Of a DNA stretch of 64,000 nucleotides, positions 12,952 to 26,314 are shown one piece after another. The stretch is from Chiloscyllium plagiosum (taxonomy: Eukaryota), in contig NC_057728.1 in assembly GCF_004010195.1 (NCBI RefSeq), positions 53,011,723 through 53,075,722 on the forward strand, in the 5' to 3' direction. Position numbers and translations under genes: made by a program. Each line of letters begins with the position of its first letter. Positions within the stretch are counted from its first letter, which is position 1. A model generated the notes under the pieces. The model was not told where the DNA came from. It saw only the letters and a program-made list of their open reading frames with translations, and made no database searches.

Positions 12952-14399
12952 GATTGAAGTGTCAGGACCAAGAACTGCAAAGGGGCCAGCTATCTTTCAG
13001 CCAGGATGGGCCAAATGATCTCCTTCTATGCTGAAAATGTTCTGTTTTGTACAACTCTTGGTTACACCCAGTAATCCACAAGCATCCCCCTCCCCCCGCC
13101 ATCATCCTGCCTGATGCCTGAGCTCCCTTTTTGCCCACCCCAGAATCTACCTTCCCAGACATCCAGTGACTCTGACATCACTGACCCAGGCTCTGTCCCC
13201 TTGGGTCCCAGCTGCTGCACCACTCCCCCTCAGAGTATCACTCGGTGGCCCCACATAACATCCTTCACCTACAACCAAGTTCAATGGTACTCCCCCCATT
13301 ACCAACCCATCACTAACCTAAATTATCAGGGCTGAGGGCCTATATTCTTGGCTTCTCTGATCTCCGATTTGTGCAGGAAACCTGAGACAAATAACTTGGC
13401 TCGGATTGTCTGTTAAGGGGTGTGGGAGGTGATTGTTGAATGCAGATGTCTTGCCTTTGTCCTCTCGATAGAAAGTTGGAGTGTGGACTAGAAAGCTTAA
13501 GGGAGACATATGACAGTCACAGGGCAAAAGATGTTTCCCAATAACACCATTTAAATCATTATTTGGAATGAAAAGGCCAGTGTTCATTCTCTTTCGCCCC
13601 TCAGCTAATTACAAGAGCTAATTATGGCATCTGACTCTCTCAGCAATGGCTGTAAACATTTTCAATAATCAGTTACAGGGCTGTCTGTGACTTGTAAACA
13701 GAATAAGCCATTTGTGGAGTCTGCAAATCATTGGCAGATATTACCCTCCCGCTGGTTAATCTCTACCGCCAGCGATATGAGCCACAGCCTGAAGCAGAAC
13801 TGTGAGACCATAAAACAAAATTGTACTCTTAATGAGTGTAAAGTGCACTTACCTCTTCAGTCGGGCTCTCCTCTGTGCCAAGCAGCACAACAATAAACCT
13901 TTCTTTCAATTACGCCTGCAGTACTGTTCCATTAAAATCATGGAGTAGTATACAATTGCTAAATTAGCTGCTGTCAGTCATTTTCAATTCATAAACTCTA
14001 AATCATTGCGTACCAGAGTGTGGCCATTCGGGTTATCATGTTTGTGTCTGCTGTTTGGAAGTGCTACCCAATAAGTTCGTGATCTTTCCCCATAGCCCTG
14101 TAAATCTCTCACTTTCAAGTTTTATCTAAATTCCTTTTGAAAGTTACTCTTGAGTCTGCTTTGCCCACTTTATGGCAGCATAGACAAGACAACTCACTCT
14201 GTTTAAGATAAAATCCCCTCATTTCCCCTTTGGTACTTTTGGCAGTTGCTTTAAATCTGTGTCCTATCAGAATGGGCCCTATTGCAATTAAACCAGTTTC
14301 TTCTTATTCATTCTACTTAAACCCTTCATCATTTGAAATATAAATGTTGTGACTTATCACAGGGGGAAGAAGAACAATATGGTGAAGTGAGGTTCTACA

Positions 14400-14505
14400 C
14401 TAGAAAGAGGAAGAGTCAAATTGGATTCAAAATGTTCACTCTGTTTCTCTCTCCTCATGAATGCTGCAGATCTGCTGAGTTTTTCCAGCACTTCCTGCTT
14501 TTATA
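14400..14505 (+). mobile_element. PLE terminal fragment (family 2), degenerate
   Basis: GAAGAGTCAAATTGGATTCAAAATGTTCACTCTGTTTCTCTCTC..ATGCTGCAGATCTGCTGAGTTTTTCCAGCA. Confidence 0.55.
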
Positions 14506-14754
14506 TAAGATTCTTGACACTTCACCATGTTAAACAAAGTGTAAATTTGGTGACAAGATCCCAAATTTCTTCAGGGAGGAGATGGAGTGGTGTTAGATGG
14601 CTGGACGCCTCTCCTCTAACTGTGCTATTTTGATGTTCACCAAGTCACTAATTCTGGATGCAGGCTGCATAGCCTTACCCCTCTCTAACCTCCTCCAGCC
14701 TATAATCCTACCAGTTTGTGTCTTCTTCCATATTCTGTCTCCCTCACACATCCC

Positions 14755-15440
14755 TGAAATAACTCCAAAGAACCTGGTATCCTGTCACCAAGTCACCCTT
14801 AAATTACACGTGGAGAGCCCTTGACGCTGATCCAGGTCCCTCAAAGCCAGCTCTCAAGAGTGAACAGGATGTCTGACAGTTCTGTTTGTATCTGTCAGCC
14901 AAGGTTGTAACAGGCTAACAGCTCCAATCAGAGAACTCATATCCTATGAGGTCCACCTGGCTGACTTTGTTTACAATCACTACATCCCCCTCTGGAGTCC
15001 GAGGACATCGGCCAGTCCTTTTCTTTTGAAGCTCCTGTGGAGCATTTTAGTACCGGGTAAGGTTTGTCAAACTCGGCCTCTGATATGGGCAGCATGTAGT
15101 GCACAGTAGCTCACCTCTTGCATCTGGAACATCTTAGAAGAAACTAATTCACTTCTTCAGGTGACAAAGTTGTCACGGCAGAAGAGGCCATGATATCTGC
15201 CGTGTCCATCTCAGATTCCAATGTAAGTTCAGTGCTTGATGGAGAGGGAAAACCCCTGGATTCCGGTACAGTCAGAAAGGCTGTCAAGGGGCTTGGCACG
15301 TTTTGTTCCCACACCGTTTCTGAGTTTGCAGCTTTAATATGGTGCGTGTGCTTGTTCAGGACTGTTGCACCTACCTAAACTTCATGTGTCACTGGACCTG
15401 ACCTCGTGTCGACTATGACTCTTAACCATATAGGGCCATT
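14755..15440 (-). mobile_element. Gypsy-type LTR retrotransposon 3' remnant (integrase C-terminus, PPT, 3' LTR)
   Basis: Minus strand: NGPIWLRVIVDTRSGPVTHEV*VGATVLNKHTHHIK at about 15330-15440; PPT GAGGGGGA at 14985-14992; LTR TGTAGTGA..GGAGTTATTTCA at 14984-14755. Confidence 0.8.
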
Positions 15441-15444
15441 GTTC

Positions 15445-15546
15445 AGAACGAGGAAGGTCACTTGGATTGAAATGTTAACTCTGATTTTTCTTCACAGATA
15501 CTGCCAGACCTACTGAGATTTTCCTGCAATTTCTGTTTTTGTTTTA
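15445..15546 (+). mobile_element. PLE terminal fragment (family 2), degenerate
   Basis: GAAGGTCACTTGGATTGAAATGTTAACTCTG..CAGATACTGCCAGACCTACTGAG. Confidence 0.55.
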
Positions 15547-15924
15547 TTTCCTTATGTAATTTGGTGTCAACTCATTTGATGTGTTTAAGGTCAATGAAAG
15601 ACATTATATAAAGGTAAGTTGATGTTGCATTTCCAGTATAGCTACAGTCTTAGTGTGAAGAGAAATCAGTCCATGCCAGGTAACATGTAAAATGTTAGGC
15701 TGAAACCTTAAAGTATGGAAACAGTAGACATTTTGATGAGTTTTATTTACTTGATGTTAGCATTGGTTACAGTTGGATTAAGGTGTACTCAAATTATGAA
15801 AATCCAGTTGTTCTGGTAGGTATTTATGCCTCATCTAGCAATTAAACAGATGGCCCAGTCACTTATTTCTTTGTCAGGACTTTGCTGTGTTAAATTGCAT
15901 TTCGTGATGTCACAGCAGTAATAT

Positions 15925-16558
15925 TGTTATGGACCAGGCCAGACCCCCTCAAAACATTTTAAGAAAGTAGCCCAGACTCTAATTTTTCTAGTTGTTTTAC
16001 GCAGGTGGATAGTGAATGTTCCAGGAGTGATTCAGCAGGCCCAACCATTTACTTTTAATCAAAACAGAATTTATTTGCAAGATGACCAAATGAAACACAA
16101 ACAAAAGAGAACTGAATATAGAATAACTTAACCTATCTGGAAACCGAACAGATTATCCCAGCTTAATGATGCTGTTCCAAATTCCTGCAGCAATCCCTGT
16201 AAACACCCGTTGACAAAAAAGGTAAAGTCAAACACAGGATCTCACAGGGAAGATGTCAGAGAGAGATGGCAGAGTGATTCAGCATGGAACACCTTCTTCC
16301 ATGTAGCTGTTGCTTTGACCTGGAGCCTCAAAACTGACTGACTGCTTGCTCTGAACAGCCAGACTGCTAAAAACCAAACCAATCCAGAGAAAAACTGAGC
16401 TGGAAGAACTGGCCACTCCCCTTTCATTGTACAAGTGTTTAATTTTAAGCTTAAAAGCTTCCACAAGTAGGTCAACCCAGACATTTCATAACCTGTGTCT
16501 TTGCGACGTCCTGATAAAAAAGGACAACGTAACCTTGTTAAAGGAGTAGCACATCACA
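15925..16558 (-). mobile_element. Probable solo LTR
   Basis: TGTTATGG...CATCACA termini, imperfect 4-bp TSD ATAT/ACAT, AATAAA on the minus strand near 16070; appears inserted in a SINE tail. Confidence 0.6.
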
Positions 16559-16664
16559 ACATCACTCAAGAATAAACCCAAGATTATTGCAAATTAAATG
16601 TAAAGAAAACAATCATTCAGAAGGAGTAAAAGATAAATTGTTGAGATTAAGATTCTGTCAACTC

Positions 16665-17085
16665 ATTCCTAGAATGAAGGGTTTATTTTATAATGGAGAT
16701 TGAGCAGGTTAGGTACATATCCATTACAATGTAGAAGAGATCTTAATGAAACATATAAGGATTGAATAATGTGGCCACAAAGAGGATATTTCCTCTTGTG
16801 GAGAAGACTAAAACTATGAGATGTAGTTTAAGAATAAGAGGTCTGCCTTTTTAGGCCTAAATGAGAATTCTTTTACCTTTCAGCATGTTACTATTTGGAA
16901 TTCTTTTTACTGCACATAGTAGAGGCTGGGTCTTTCAGGTTATTCAGGACTGATCTAGACCGATAGACATGGGGATTGAGCATTATGGCAGCAGATGGAT
17001 CTGAGCCCACAACCAGAAAGGCCATGATCTTATTGACTGGTGGAACAGGATCAAAGAGTCAAATCGCTTACTCTTGCTCCGAAGT
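16665..17085 (+). mobile_element. Older CR1 LINE 3' end
   Basis: GAGATCTTAATGAAACATATAAG..TTTAAGAATAAGAGGTCTGCC..GGCCATGATCTTATTGACTGGTGGAACAGG. Confidence 0.7.
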
Positions 17086-17116
17086 CTCCCATGTAATATA
17101 AGCAAGAGGGCTACAA

Positions 17117-17648
17117 GTCTCCCTCCTACCAGAAGGATGTTGTGAAACTTGAAAGGGTTCAGAAAAGATTTACAAGGATGTTGCCAGGGTTGGACAATTT
17201 GAGTTATAGGGAGAGGCTGAATAGACTGGGGCTGTTTTCTCTGGAGGGTTGGAGGCTAAGGGGTGACCTTACAGAGGTTTAAAAAATAATGAGTGGCGTG
17301 GATAGGATAAATAGACAAAATCTTTTCCCTGGGGTGGGGGAGTCCAGAACTAGAGACCACAGATTTAGGATGAGAGGGGAAAAGTTTAAAAGGGACCTCA
17401 GGGGCAACTTTTTCATGTAGAGGGTAGTACATGTATGGAATGAGCTGCCAGAGGAAGTGGGGGAGGCTGGTACAATTACAACATCTAAAAGGCATCTGGA
17501 TGGGTATATGAATGGGAAGGGTTTAGAGGGATATGGGCCAAGTGCTGGTAAATGGGACAAGATTAGGTTGGGATATCTGGTCAGCATGGATGAGTTGGTC
17601 TGAAGGGTCTGTTTTCTGTGCTATACATCACTGACTCGATGACTCTAA
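17117..17648 (+). mobile_element. CR1/HER1-type LINE 3' end, young
   Basis: KDVVKLERVQKRFTRMLPGL..RLRGDLTEV..GHRFRMRGEKFKRDLRGNFF; tail GAAGGGTCTGTTTTCTGTGCTATA..GACTCT. Confidence 0.92.
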
Positions 17649-17698
17649 GTGTAAGATAGCTATTACTTACTCCATTTTAGATATTCATTGAAAATACT

Positions 17699-18013
17699 GA
17701 TTAGATTAGATTAGATTACAGATTAGATTAGATTAGATTACAGTGTGGAAACAGGCCCTTCGGCCCAACAAGTCCACACCGACCCGCCGAAGCGAAACCC
17801 ACCCATACCCCTACATTTACCCCTTACCTAACACTACGGGCAATTTAGCATGGCCAATTCACCTGACCCTGCACATCTTTTGGACTGTGGGAGGAAACCG
17901 GAGCACCCGGAGGAAACCCACGCAGACACGGGGAGAACGTGCAAACTCCACACAGTCAGTCGCCTGAGGCGGGAATTGACCCGGGTCTCAGGCGCTGTGA
18001 GGCTGTGTGCCAC
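17699..18013 (-). mobile_element. HE1-type SINE with long (GATTA)n tail on the + strand
   Basis: (GATTA)n at 17699-17740 followed by CAGTGTGGAAACAGGCCCTTCGGCCC..GCAAACTCCACACAG..GGGAATTGACCCGGG; CpGs largely intact. Confidence 0.93.
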
Positions 18014-18639
18014 TGAGAGTGGTTAGAATGTGGAACCTGCGACTATTGGGAATAGGTGAGGTGCATAGCATATCTCCATTGAAGGGAAAACTGGTTAACA
18101 CTGGATGAGGGGGAAATAAAAGGATATACTCACTGGGTGAGATGCTAAGGTTGGAGGAGGCATGTGTGGTACATAAGTGTCAGTAAGGAACAGTTACGCT
18201 GTATGTAAGGACAATGCCAGTCAGATTTCTGTGGTAGAATCTCCACTGGGGTTTCTTTCCTTATCATTGAGAGAATGGTGCACTAACGTGGTGATGTCTA
18301 GATATTAATCTTCATTTCGCTCTCTGTTTTCATAGAATCTTGTGGTTGACTGATTTGGGTTTGAAATAAATTATTTGCAGACGTGCACAAAACATCATCC
18401 ACTTAATGGTAACAGATGGCTATAGATTTGCCTGGATCTTCCTCATTTGAGCCATTGTTATTTACCACAGTCAAATAATATTAATACAAATTTATCTGTG
18501 CATTAAACCTGTACTCATATCTTATTGAAGAATTAACAGAGGCAGACAATCTGCCAGTCCTGTCGTAAACATAGTATTTTATTGCAGTTGGAATTGGAAG
18601 TAAATATTAATCTAATATGAATTTTGATTTAAATCATTC

Positions 18640-19165
18640 TCCCTTGCTTTTGTGTGCCACTAATGCCTTACCCTTCCATATTGTTGTAAGCTCCAGTCTC
18701 ACAACCCACTGAGATCTCTGTACTCCTCCAAATCTGAGCATCCAACAATACTTAAAAGGCATTTGGATGGGTACATGAATAAGAAGGGTTTAGAGGGATA
18801 TGGGCCAAATGCTGGCAAATGGGACTAGATTAATTTAGCATATCCAGGCATGGATGAGTTGCACTGAAGGTCTGTTTCTGTGTTAAATAGCTCTATGACT
18901 CAATGAATCTATCCCTGATTTTAATCACCCCACCATTGCCTTGGCCTCAACCTCTGGAACTTCCTTCATAAAAACTTCTGCTCTTCATTTTCCAGCTTTG
19001 GGATAAGGGTCCTTAAAACCTGTATCTTTGACTAAACTAATGATCATCTGCCTAATATCATAATGAGTGGCATGATGTCACATTTTGTTTAATGATAGTC
19101 CTATGAAATGCCTTTTGGTATTTTATTATATTGACGGGTCTATGTACATACAGGTTGTTGCTTGA
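18640..19165 (+). mobile_element. L2 3' remnant containing a nested CR1 3' end (about 18745-18910)
   Basis: L2 GAGATCTCTGTACTCCTCCAAATCTGAGCATCC..CCCTGATTTTAATCAC is split by CR1 AAGGGTTTAGAGGGATATGGGCCAAATGCTGG. Confidence 0.65.
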
Positions 19166-19302
19166 ACTCTTACAGACTCCATCATAGAAATAAAAATGTG
19201 GAATTATTTCAATAATACAAGATATTCCAAAGAGATTCACAACTAATTGGGTGTTTGGGTGTAACTTTGGGTGGGAGGCAAGGTTGTAATGCAGAAAATA
19301 TT

Positions 19303-19612
19303 GGGGCAGCACAGTGGCTCAATGATTAGCACTGCTGCCTCACAGTGCCAGGGACTCAGGTTTGATTCCAGCCTTGGGTGACTGTCTTTGTGGAGTTTGC
19401 ACATTCTCCCTTTGTCTGTGTGAGTTTCCTCCGGGTGCAATGGTTTCCTCCCACAGTCCAAAGATGTGCAAGTCAGGTGAACTGACCATGCTAAATTGCC
19501 CATGGTATTAGGTGCATTAGTCAGAGAGAAATGGGTCTGGGTGGGTTACTCTTCGGAGAGTTGGTGTGGACTTGTTGGGCCGAAGGGCCTGTTCCCACAC
19601 TGTAGGGAATCT
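19303..19612 (+). mobile_element. HE1-type SINE
   Basis: GGGGCAGCACAGTGGCTCAATGATTAGCACTGCTGCCTCACAG..GGAGTTTGCACATTCTCC..GGGCCGAAGGGCCTGTTCCCACACTGTAG. Confidence 0.92.
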
Positions 19613-20584
19613 AAAAAACATAACCGATTTGTGCACAGCAAGTTCCCACAACTACCAATGAGATAAATGACCAGATACTCATCTTTTAAGTAATGTTGAT
19701 TGAGAGATAAATGCTGATTTAGATTTCAGGGGAGGACCCTACTGTTTACACTATCAGGCAGAGTAGAAAAGAAACAAGATGTCACGGGTGGCAACGGTGA
19801 GGTTATGGTGAGACTTGTGGCAGAAGCATAGTGAGATGTTCAGCAAGGCCTATCTCGACATCACGAGCAACTTGCTTTGTCTTTTATGTATCAGCTGGCA
19901 CCAAGGCTGGTTTCTCTCTACGCAGTAGTGAGTTGTTGATTAAAGGTGATTATTGCTGGTTAACAACCTTATTAATGGCGAATCTTGCCACATTAATACG
20001 CAGCTTCCTATCTCACCAAACACACCAAAAACATAATTAGACCCTGAGAATTCTTGACTAGAAGGATCTTCTTCCTGGACACCAAGCATCAAGATCACAA
20101 GGTATGCTTCATGGGCACTGTCCACGTGCACAACCATGCCTATTGACTTTAGCATCCTGTGCCTGACTTTAAGCACCCTCATGGCACATCTCCGACTCAT
20201 GTACAGGACGCTACTGCACGTAATACTGCACCCTGGCTGCACCAGCAACTCTTGTTGCAATACTGCAGCAAGGTCACTAAGAGCTCAGGGACACACCCAG
20301 CTCATGGACTGGATCAGGCTGTATCTCCGACCTGTTTGCTTGCTGTCACAGTGCTCACTCACTCTGAGACTATCTGGATACTCACTTGCTTTGCCTTTTT
20401 CCCTTTTCCCCCTCAGCCAGAAATGCCAGGAATCACTGTATCACACTGCAACATAAACACCAGAAAACTTGTCATGGATGACAGCAGTTCACAGTCAAGC
20501 AAAAGCAGATAGCCTTCAATCAGGGGATCTGAGCATAGTAAGTCAAGGGCAATCTCCAATCCCAGTCCAGGGGCTTAGAGGCAC

Positions 20585-21219
20585 CTACAGAGAGAGGCTG
20601 AATAGACTGGGGCTACTTTCCCTGCAGGGTTGGAGGCTGAGGGGTGGCCTTAGAGAAGTTTACAAAATCATGACGAGCATGGTTAGGGTAAATAGCCAAG
20701 GTCTTTTCCCTAGGGTAGGAATGTCCAAAACTAAAGGGCATAGGTTTAAGGTGAGAGGGGAAAGATTCAAAAAGGGAGCTTTTTCACGCAGAGGGTGTTA
20801 CGTGTATGGAATGGGCTGCCAGAGGAAGTGGTGAAGTCTAGTACATCTATAATATTTAAAAGGCATCAGGATGGGTACATGAATAGGAAGGGTTTAGAGG
20901 GATATGGGGGTCGAGATTAGAGTGGTGCTGGAAAAGCACAGCAGGTCAGGCAGCATCGGAGGAGCAGGAAAATTGATGTTTCGGGCAGAAGCCCTTAATC
21001 AGGAATGAAGGCAGGGAGCCTCCGGGGTGGAGAGATAAATGGGAGGGAGGGTGGGGCTGGGGAGAAGGTAGCCAAGAGTACAATAGGTGGATGGAAGTGG
21101 GGCCAATGCTGGAAAATAGGATTAGATTATTTTGGGATATCTGGTCAGCGTGGATGAGTCGGACTAACGGGTCTGTTTCTGTGCTGTACATCTCTAAAAC
21201 TCTATGACTATGACTCTAT
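20585..21219 (+). mobile_element. CR1/HER1-type LINE 3' end interrupted by a PLE pLTR
   Basis: YRERLNRLGLLSLQGWRLRGGLREVYKIM in ORF 20469-20834; GAGGGATATGGG..GGCCAATGCTGG is split at about 20908/21101; (CTATGA)n tail. Confidence 0.9.
20909..21100 (-). mobile_element. PLE pLTR (family 1) nested in CR1
   Basis: Minus strand CCTGATTAAGGGCTTCTGCCCGAAACATC then GATGCTGCCTGACCTGCTGTGCTTTTCCAGCACCACTCTAATC. Confidence 0.88.
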
Positions 21220-21789
21220 TAATAGACAGGTGGTGAAGTGAAAGGTCTACGGATGAATTTCATCTGGTTAAGACATTGATGACTGTAGGCACTGCTGGTA
21301 ATAATAGGGCAAAGAAGGCCAGAACTGAATGACTGCAGAGATCTCAGAGATTTGTAGGGCTGGAGGATTGAATAGATTATGAGAGGAAAAGGTTACAGCT
21401 GCTTTATGTATTCATCCAACAAAGCTTCAGTCTATATAAAAAAAATTCATCCAGGGAAGTACATAGATTCAGTCAGCACATTTAAGATGAGGTCCTGATT
21501 ATAGCTGTACGTTGTCAGTACATCTGGCAGAAATTATAATGATCAATCCATAAATTAGTTATAAACAGGAGGGAAATTACTGCAATAAGATACGCCTACA
21601 TGCAGTTTATATGGAATTAATATTGGACAGTCTGCATAAGATACTGTGCAGGAAAATTGCTTTGAGATCAATTTAATTTAATATGGTGTCTGTCATAGCC
21701 TAGTGGTAACCTCCTGCGTCTGAGTTCAAAGATTGTGGATTTGAGCCTCGCTCCAGAACTTGAACTCACGAAGTTAGAAAGGTCTTAAA

Positions 21790-22420
21790 GATCTTCACAG
21801 CATAATTAAATAAAATTTGACGCTGAGCCAGATCTGAGGACAAATGATCAGAAGTGTGGTCAATGAGTTAGGCTTTAAAGAATTCATTCAAGTAGGTTGT
21901 AAAGAGGAAATCCCAAAGCTTAGTGCGTAGGAAGCTGGAGTGACAGCCACCAATGGAGAAGCGAATCAAACTGTTATGTCCTATAGGACCAGAAATGAAG
22001 GAATGGTGATCGCTCAGGGTTTTGTAGAGCCAGAGGAAGTTAGAGAGTAGGGCAGGGTGAGGCAGTGGAGGGACATGAAAACAGGGATGAGAATTTTAGA
22101 ATGATATATTAACTGGGAGCCCTTTCCGATCAGGGAGCAAAGGAATGGTGGGTGAACAGGACTTGGTGCATGTTAGAACATGGAGAACTTTTTAATGGGC
22201 TTTGGTTTAAGACAAGAGGCTGGATATGAATGTGCTGAAATAGTCAAGATTAGAGGTAACAATGTTGGATGTAGCTTTTGGCAGCAAATGAGCTGAGGAA
22301 GAGGAAGAGTTGGACTTTCTTACAGAGGTGAAAGTAGAATGTCTTATAAATGGAGCGCATATGTATATAGAACTTAGCATAGTATCTGACAACAGATCCA
22401 TCACCAAAGATACAATGGAG
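21790..22420 (-). mobile_element. L2-clade LINE remnant
   Basis: AATTTGACGCTGAGCC..GGATGAGAATTTTAG; minus-strand IVTSNLDYFST resembles L2 VTSRLDYSN. Confidence 0.7.
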
Positions 22421-24034
22421 ATTTTCCAGGATGTTGCCAGGAATACAGAATGGAAAGATGGTTAGGCTAAGATTGATTTCTCTTGGGATGGAGAAAGCTG
22501 AGGGGGAATTTACTCGAGGTAAAATGGTGCGTGTCCTGAACGGAAGAGACATCAGTAGCCAGGAAACAAAGGTTTAAGATAATTAGAGGATTAGAGGAGA
22601 GTTATCTCACAAAAGGACATTAGAGAAGACCATTTAGCTAATGGGCCTAACTCACCGTATAATTAGATTACAGCTGACCTTCTCCACTATGCAACATTTC
22701 TGTGATATCTCCATATCCTTTAATGTCAGTTTACAGAAACGTAGCCATTTCTGTCTAGAAGCTGCTCAATGATTGAACTTCCACAACCTTCTGGGGTAGA
22801 GAATTCCAAAGATTCCGTATATTCTGAGTGAAGAAGTGTGTCTCATCTCAGTCCTAAAGAGTGGTGAGTGTTTGGAACTCAGAAGGACGGTAGAGGCAGA
22901 ATGTAACAGGGATTGGGGCTGAGGTAAGTGTGGAATGCTCACTCTGATAGAAGCCACCCAACAGACAGAGAAGAAGCCACCTATGCAGCCATGAAACACT
23001 CTGGGCGACTGGAACAAAATCAGAGTGGGATTCTCGCACCTGATTGAAAAAAAATCCCACCCTTTGAAGCTGACACCAATCAGATTACCCAACATCTCCA
23101 GCACTCTTGGCAGTGCCAGGAGTCTATAGTGGGCATTATTGGGATTGCAGCCAGCCCTAGGAAGACCCCTATAGATCCTGGACACGTTGGGGGCTTGTAG
23201 TGGAGAGGGTTTGAGTATCTTGGGAAGCAAGGGTTTTAAATTCCAGGTGAGGAAGAAGGAAGCTGAGGAGAGTCTGGGGAGTGGGTTACTATATTCTGGG
23301 CAGCTCTGATGCCAGGAGCACCCTCCAAAGATTATGGCTCCCCTTTTCCTTTTCATCCTCTTAAAATGTGCATTATTTTCAAAAAGATGCCCACTCTTGC
23401 CATTTGCCCAATCCAAACATTTGTTGGTAGGAGCAGGGAAACACTGGGACTAATTGAGTTTGTAAGAATCCTCTTCCTCCAGTGGTCCTCCCTGAACTTC
23501 CAGGGTCTCAGCCAATGGGACATGTATTTTATCAGCGATGACAAGTCTTTACTTCTGGTGGAGACATTGGATTTGTTGCAGTCTGGCTAGATCACCACTC
23601 CTCTCCTTGTCATTTGAAGTGGATTAAATTGCAGGGACTGACTTTCCCATAGGCACAGGAGTTGGCCATTTGGTCCTTCAATCCTGTTCTGTCATTAAAC
23701 ATGAACATGGCTGACCATCCAGTTCAGTCCCCTGTTCCCACTTTCTTCCACTTATCTTTTGATCCCTTTAGCCCTAAGGACTATATCTAATACCTTATTA
23801 AAAACTTTCAATTGTTCGGTCTTTGGGCTAAGGAAGGATTATTCAGGGATACGCTAAAGCCTAGAATTGGAGGGGCACAGATATTCTGGAGGGCTGTTGG
23901 GCTGGAGGACCAATGGACACAGAGATGGGTGAAGCCTTGGAAAGTTTTGACTAAAATGGGACAAAATCTTAAAATCCAGGTGCTGGTGAACAGGAAAACA
24001 GTGAAGACAGGTGAGGTAAGGGGTACGATAAGTA

Positions 24035-24335
24035 TCCCAGGTTCCATTCCAGCCTTGGACAATTGTCTGTGTGGAGTTTGCACGCTCTCCCCGTGTCTGC
24101 GCGGGTTTCCTCCAAGTGTTCCAGGTTCCTCCCACAGTCCAAAGATGTGCCGGTTAGGTGAATTGGCCATGTTAAATTGCCCATAGTGCTCAGGGTGTGC
24201 AGGCTAGGTGGATTAACCATGGGAAATACAAGGTCCAGCGAAATGGTAGCGGGTTTGTGTCTGGTTGGGATGCTCTTTGGGATTCTGATGGGTCAAATGG
24301 CCTGCTTCCAGATTGTGGGGAGTCCATGATTCTGT
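24035..24335 (+). mobile_element. HE1-type SINE, 5'-truncated variant
   Basis: CCCAGGTTCCATTCCAGCCTTGG..GGAGTTTGCACGCTCTCCCCGTGTCTGCG..TAAATTGCCCATAGTG. Confidence 0.85.
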
Positions 24336-25224
24336 GAGAAGATTCCACCATAGGATGTAGGCCATTTGGCCCATCAAGTCTGCTTTACCATTGAGTGAGA
24401 TGATGGCTGATTTGATCATCCTCAACTCCATTTTCCTGCCTTTTCACTTGATTTCCTTACTGCCTATCGCAGCCTTCAATACACTTAACAATCCAGTAAG
24501 GAGACTTAATTCCCCAATCTAATGACCCCAGGGGATGAGTAAATGAAGTTGTGTGCCAGTCCAATTATTTTTTGATATGAGGACATTCCATTGTAAAAAG
24601 TCTGATATGTATAAGGGCACTGGAGAGTAATGAATGTTGCATTTAAGATGGTGAAATTTGATAAGCACCTAAGTGATCTGTGGCTGGAATTGATGCACAA
24701 ACCAATTAATCGATTAATGCACCAAATCAGAATGAGCTCACATTTCCAGTAACAACTCCAACATCCACAGAGAGTGCAACCCCACGAAGGCAGAAGAACA
24801 TACTCTGACACTCCGATGAGGGATGTTACAGGATACAACAAGATTGTATTTTGAGGCCTAGCAACAGTATTTTTACCCTATCAATTTTAAATGAGAGCTA
24901 AGTACTTAGTTTAAATAATAAATAATTCACTGTGAGATTCTCAGTTGGTAGATTGGTAGCAAAATACAGCAAGATACTTTCTGATAAATCTTGAAGTGAA
25001 AGAATTAAAAACCCAAATTCTGTTTTAACAATGGCCCACACATGTTTTCTTTCTACACCACCCTGAGTTATTTCAGTCTCATTCACTGAGTACACAGGCT
25101 GATTCTCTTCATATTCATGCTTGGCACTTTGCGTTTATCTTCATTCAGTTTCACTCCCCTTCCCCATTGCTCAGCCTACACTTACTTACCGCCTGTCACC
25201 TCCCCATGATTTCCTAAAGGGCAT

Positions 25225-25555
25225 GGCAACGGCCAATGAAATATGTTTGAAGTGTAGTCACTGTTGTCATGTATGGAATGCAACAGCCCATTCATGCACA
25301 GCAAGCTCCTAAAACTGCAAAATGTTAATGATCAGAAAATCACATCAATTTGGAGATGTTGCTTGAGGAATAAATATTTGTCAGGAGAGAACTTTCCGGC
25401 TGTTTCTTTGAAGTAGGATCTTTTACATTCAGCTGTGAGGAGAGTTGGGTCCACAGTTTAATGCATCCTCTGAAACAAGTTGGCGTACTCTCAGCACAAG
25501 CAGCCTGCTAAATTCTAGACGTGGGACTTGAACCCGCGATCTTTTGACTCAAGTG
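25225..25555 (-). mobile_element. Deu-domain SINE, degenerate
   Basis: TTTGAAGTGTAGTCACTGTTG..GAGGAATAAATATTTG..GTGGGACTTGAACCC (B box on the minus strand). Confidence 0.65.
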
Positions 25556-26314
25556 TTCAGGATCAAGGCTTACCCTTTAACCTAGATCAAAAAGATAATT
25601 ATCACCTTATTGTTTGTGGGAGCTTGCTATCTACAAATTGGTTCTGATGTTTTCTACATTTCATTACCATTACTTTAGCTGGGATGGAGTTGTGAGGGTG
25701 AGGCAGTTGTGGGAAAGCAGTACAGTACTTTGTGGGATACTTTGTGGAAATTGCAGGAACATCAGACTTAGGAGCAGGTGCAACCTATTCAGTCCCTTGA
25801 TCCTGCTCCCATGATTCAATAAGATCATGGCTGATCTGGTGATTGTCTCAACTCCACTTTCCTGTCTGCCCCCATAACCCTCAACTCCCTTGTCTATCAA
25901 AAATCTATCTAACTTGGCCTTGAATAAATAAATGTAAAACCTCCATTACCTTTTGGGGAAGAGAATTGCACATTCAACCAACCCTCTGAGAGTGAAGACA
26001 TGCAATACTGGAACAAGGTTCTCCTTTTAAAGACTGCATACAGTCAATCTCCACTTGGGTTGATGTGTCAATGGGAGATTGATATCCATTAAAAATGAAT
26101 TGCAGTGGTTTGAGAAGGCAGCTCACCACCACCTCCTCATGGGCAATTAGGTATGGGTAATAAATGCTGGCCCAGCCAGTGACACTCACATCCTGTGAGT
26201 GAATTTTAAAAACCATCCAACGATCCTCTACCAGCCATAGGAGGTTTCTGAATGTATGTCAGCAGTGATTTGGCTGCTTACACTGGTCCAACGTTAAACC
26301 AAGGTCTGTGACTG

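Noticed and set aside
19780-20520. Possible Harbinger-type DNA transposon remnants (also 2130-2680, 55440-55830, 59860-60170)
   Set aside because: Only a general resemblance; no paired TIRs, TSD or transposase motif could be shown
22766-23416. Longest ORF (216 aa)
   Set aside because: No recognisable domain; its end lies in a CR1 remnant and the rest only faintly resembles a decayed Tx1/L1 element
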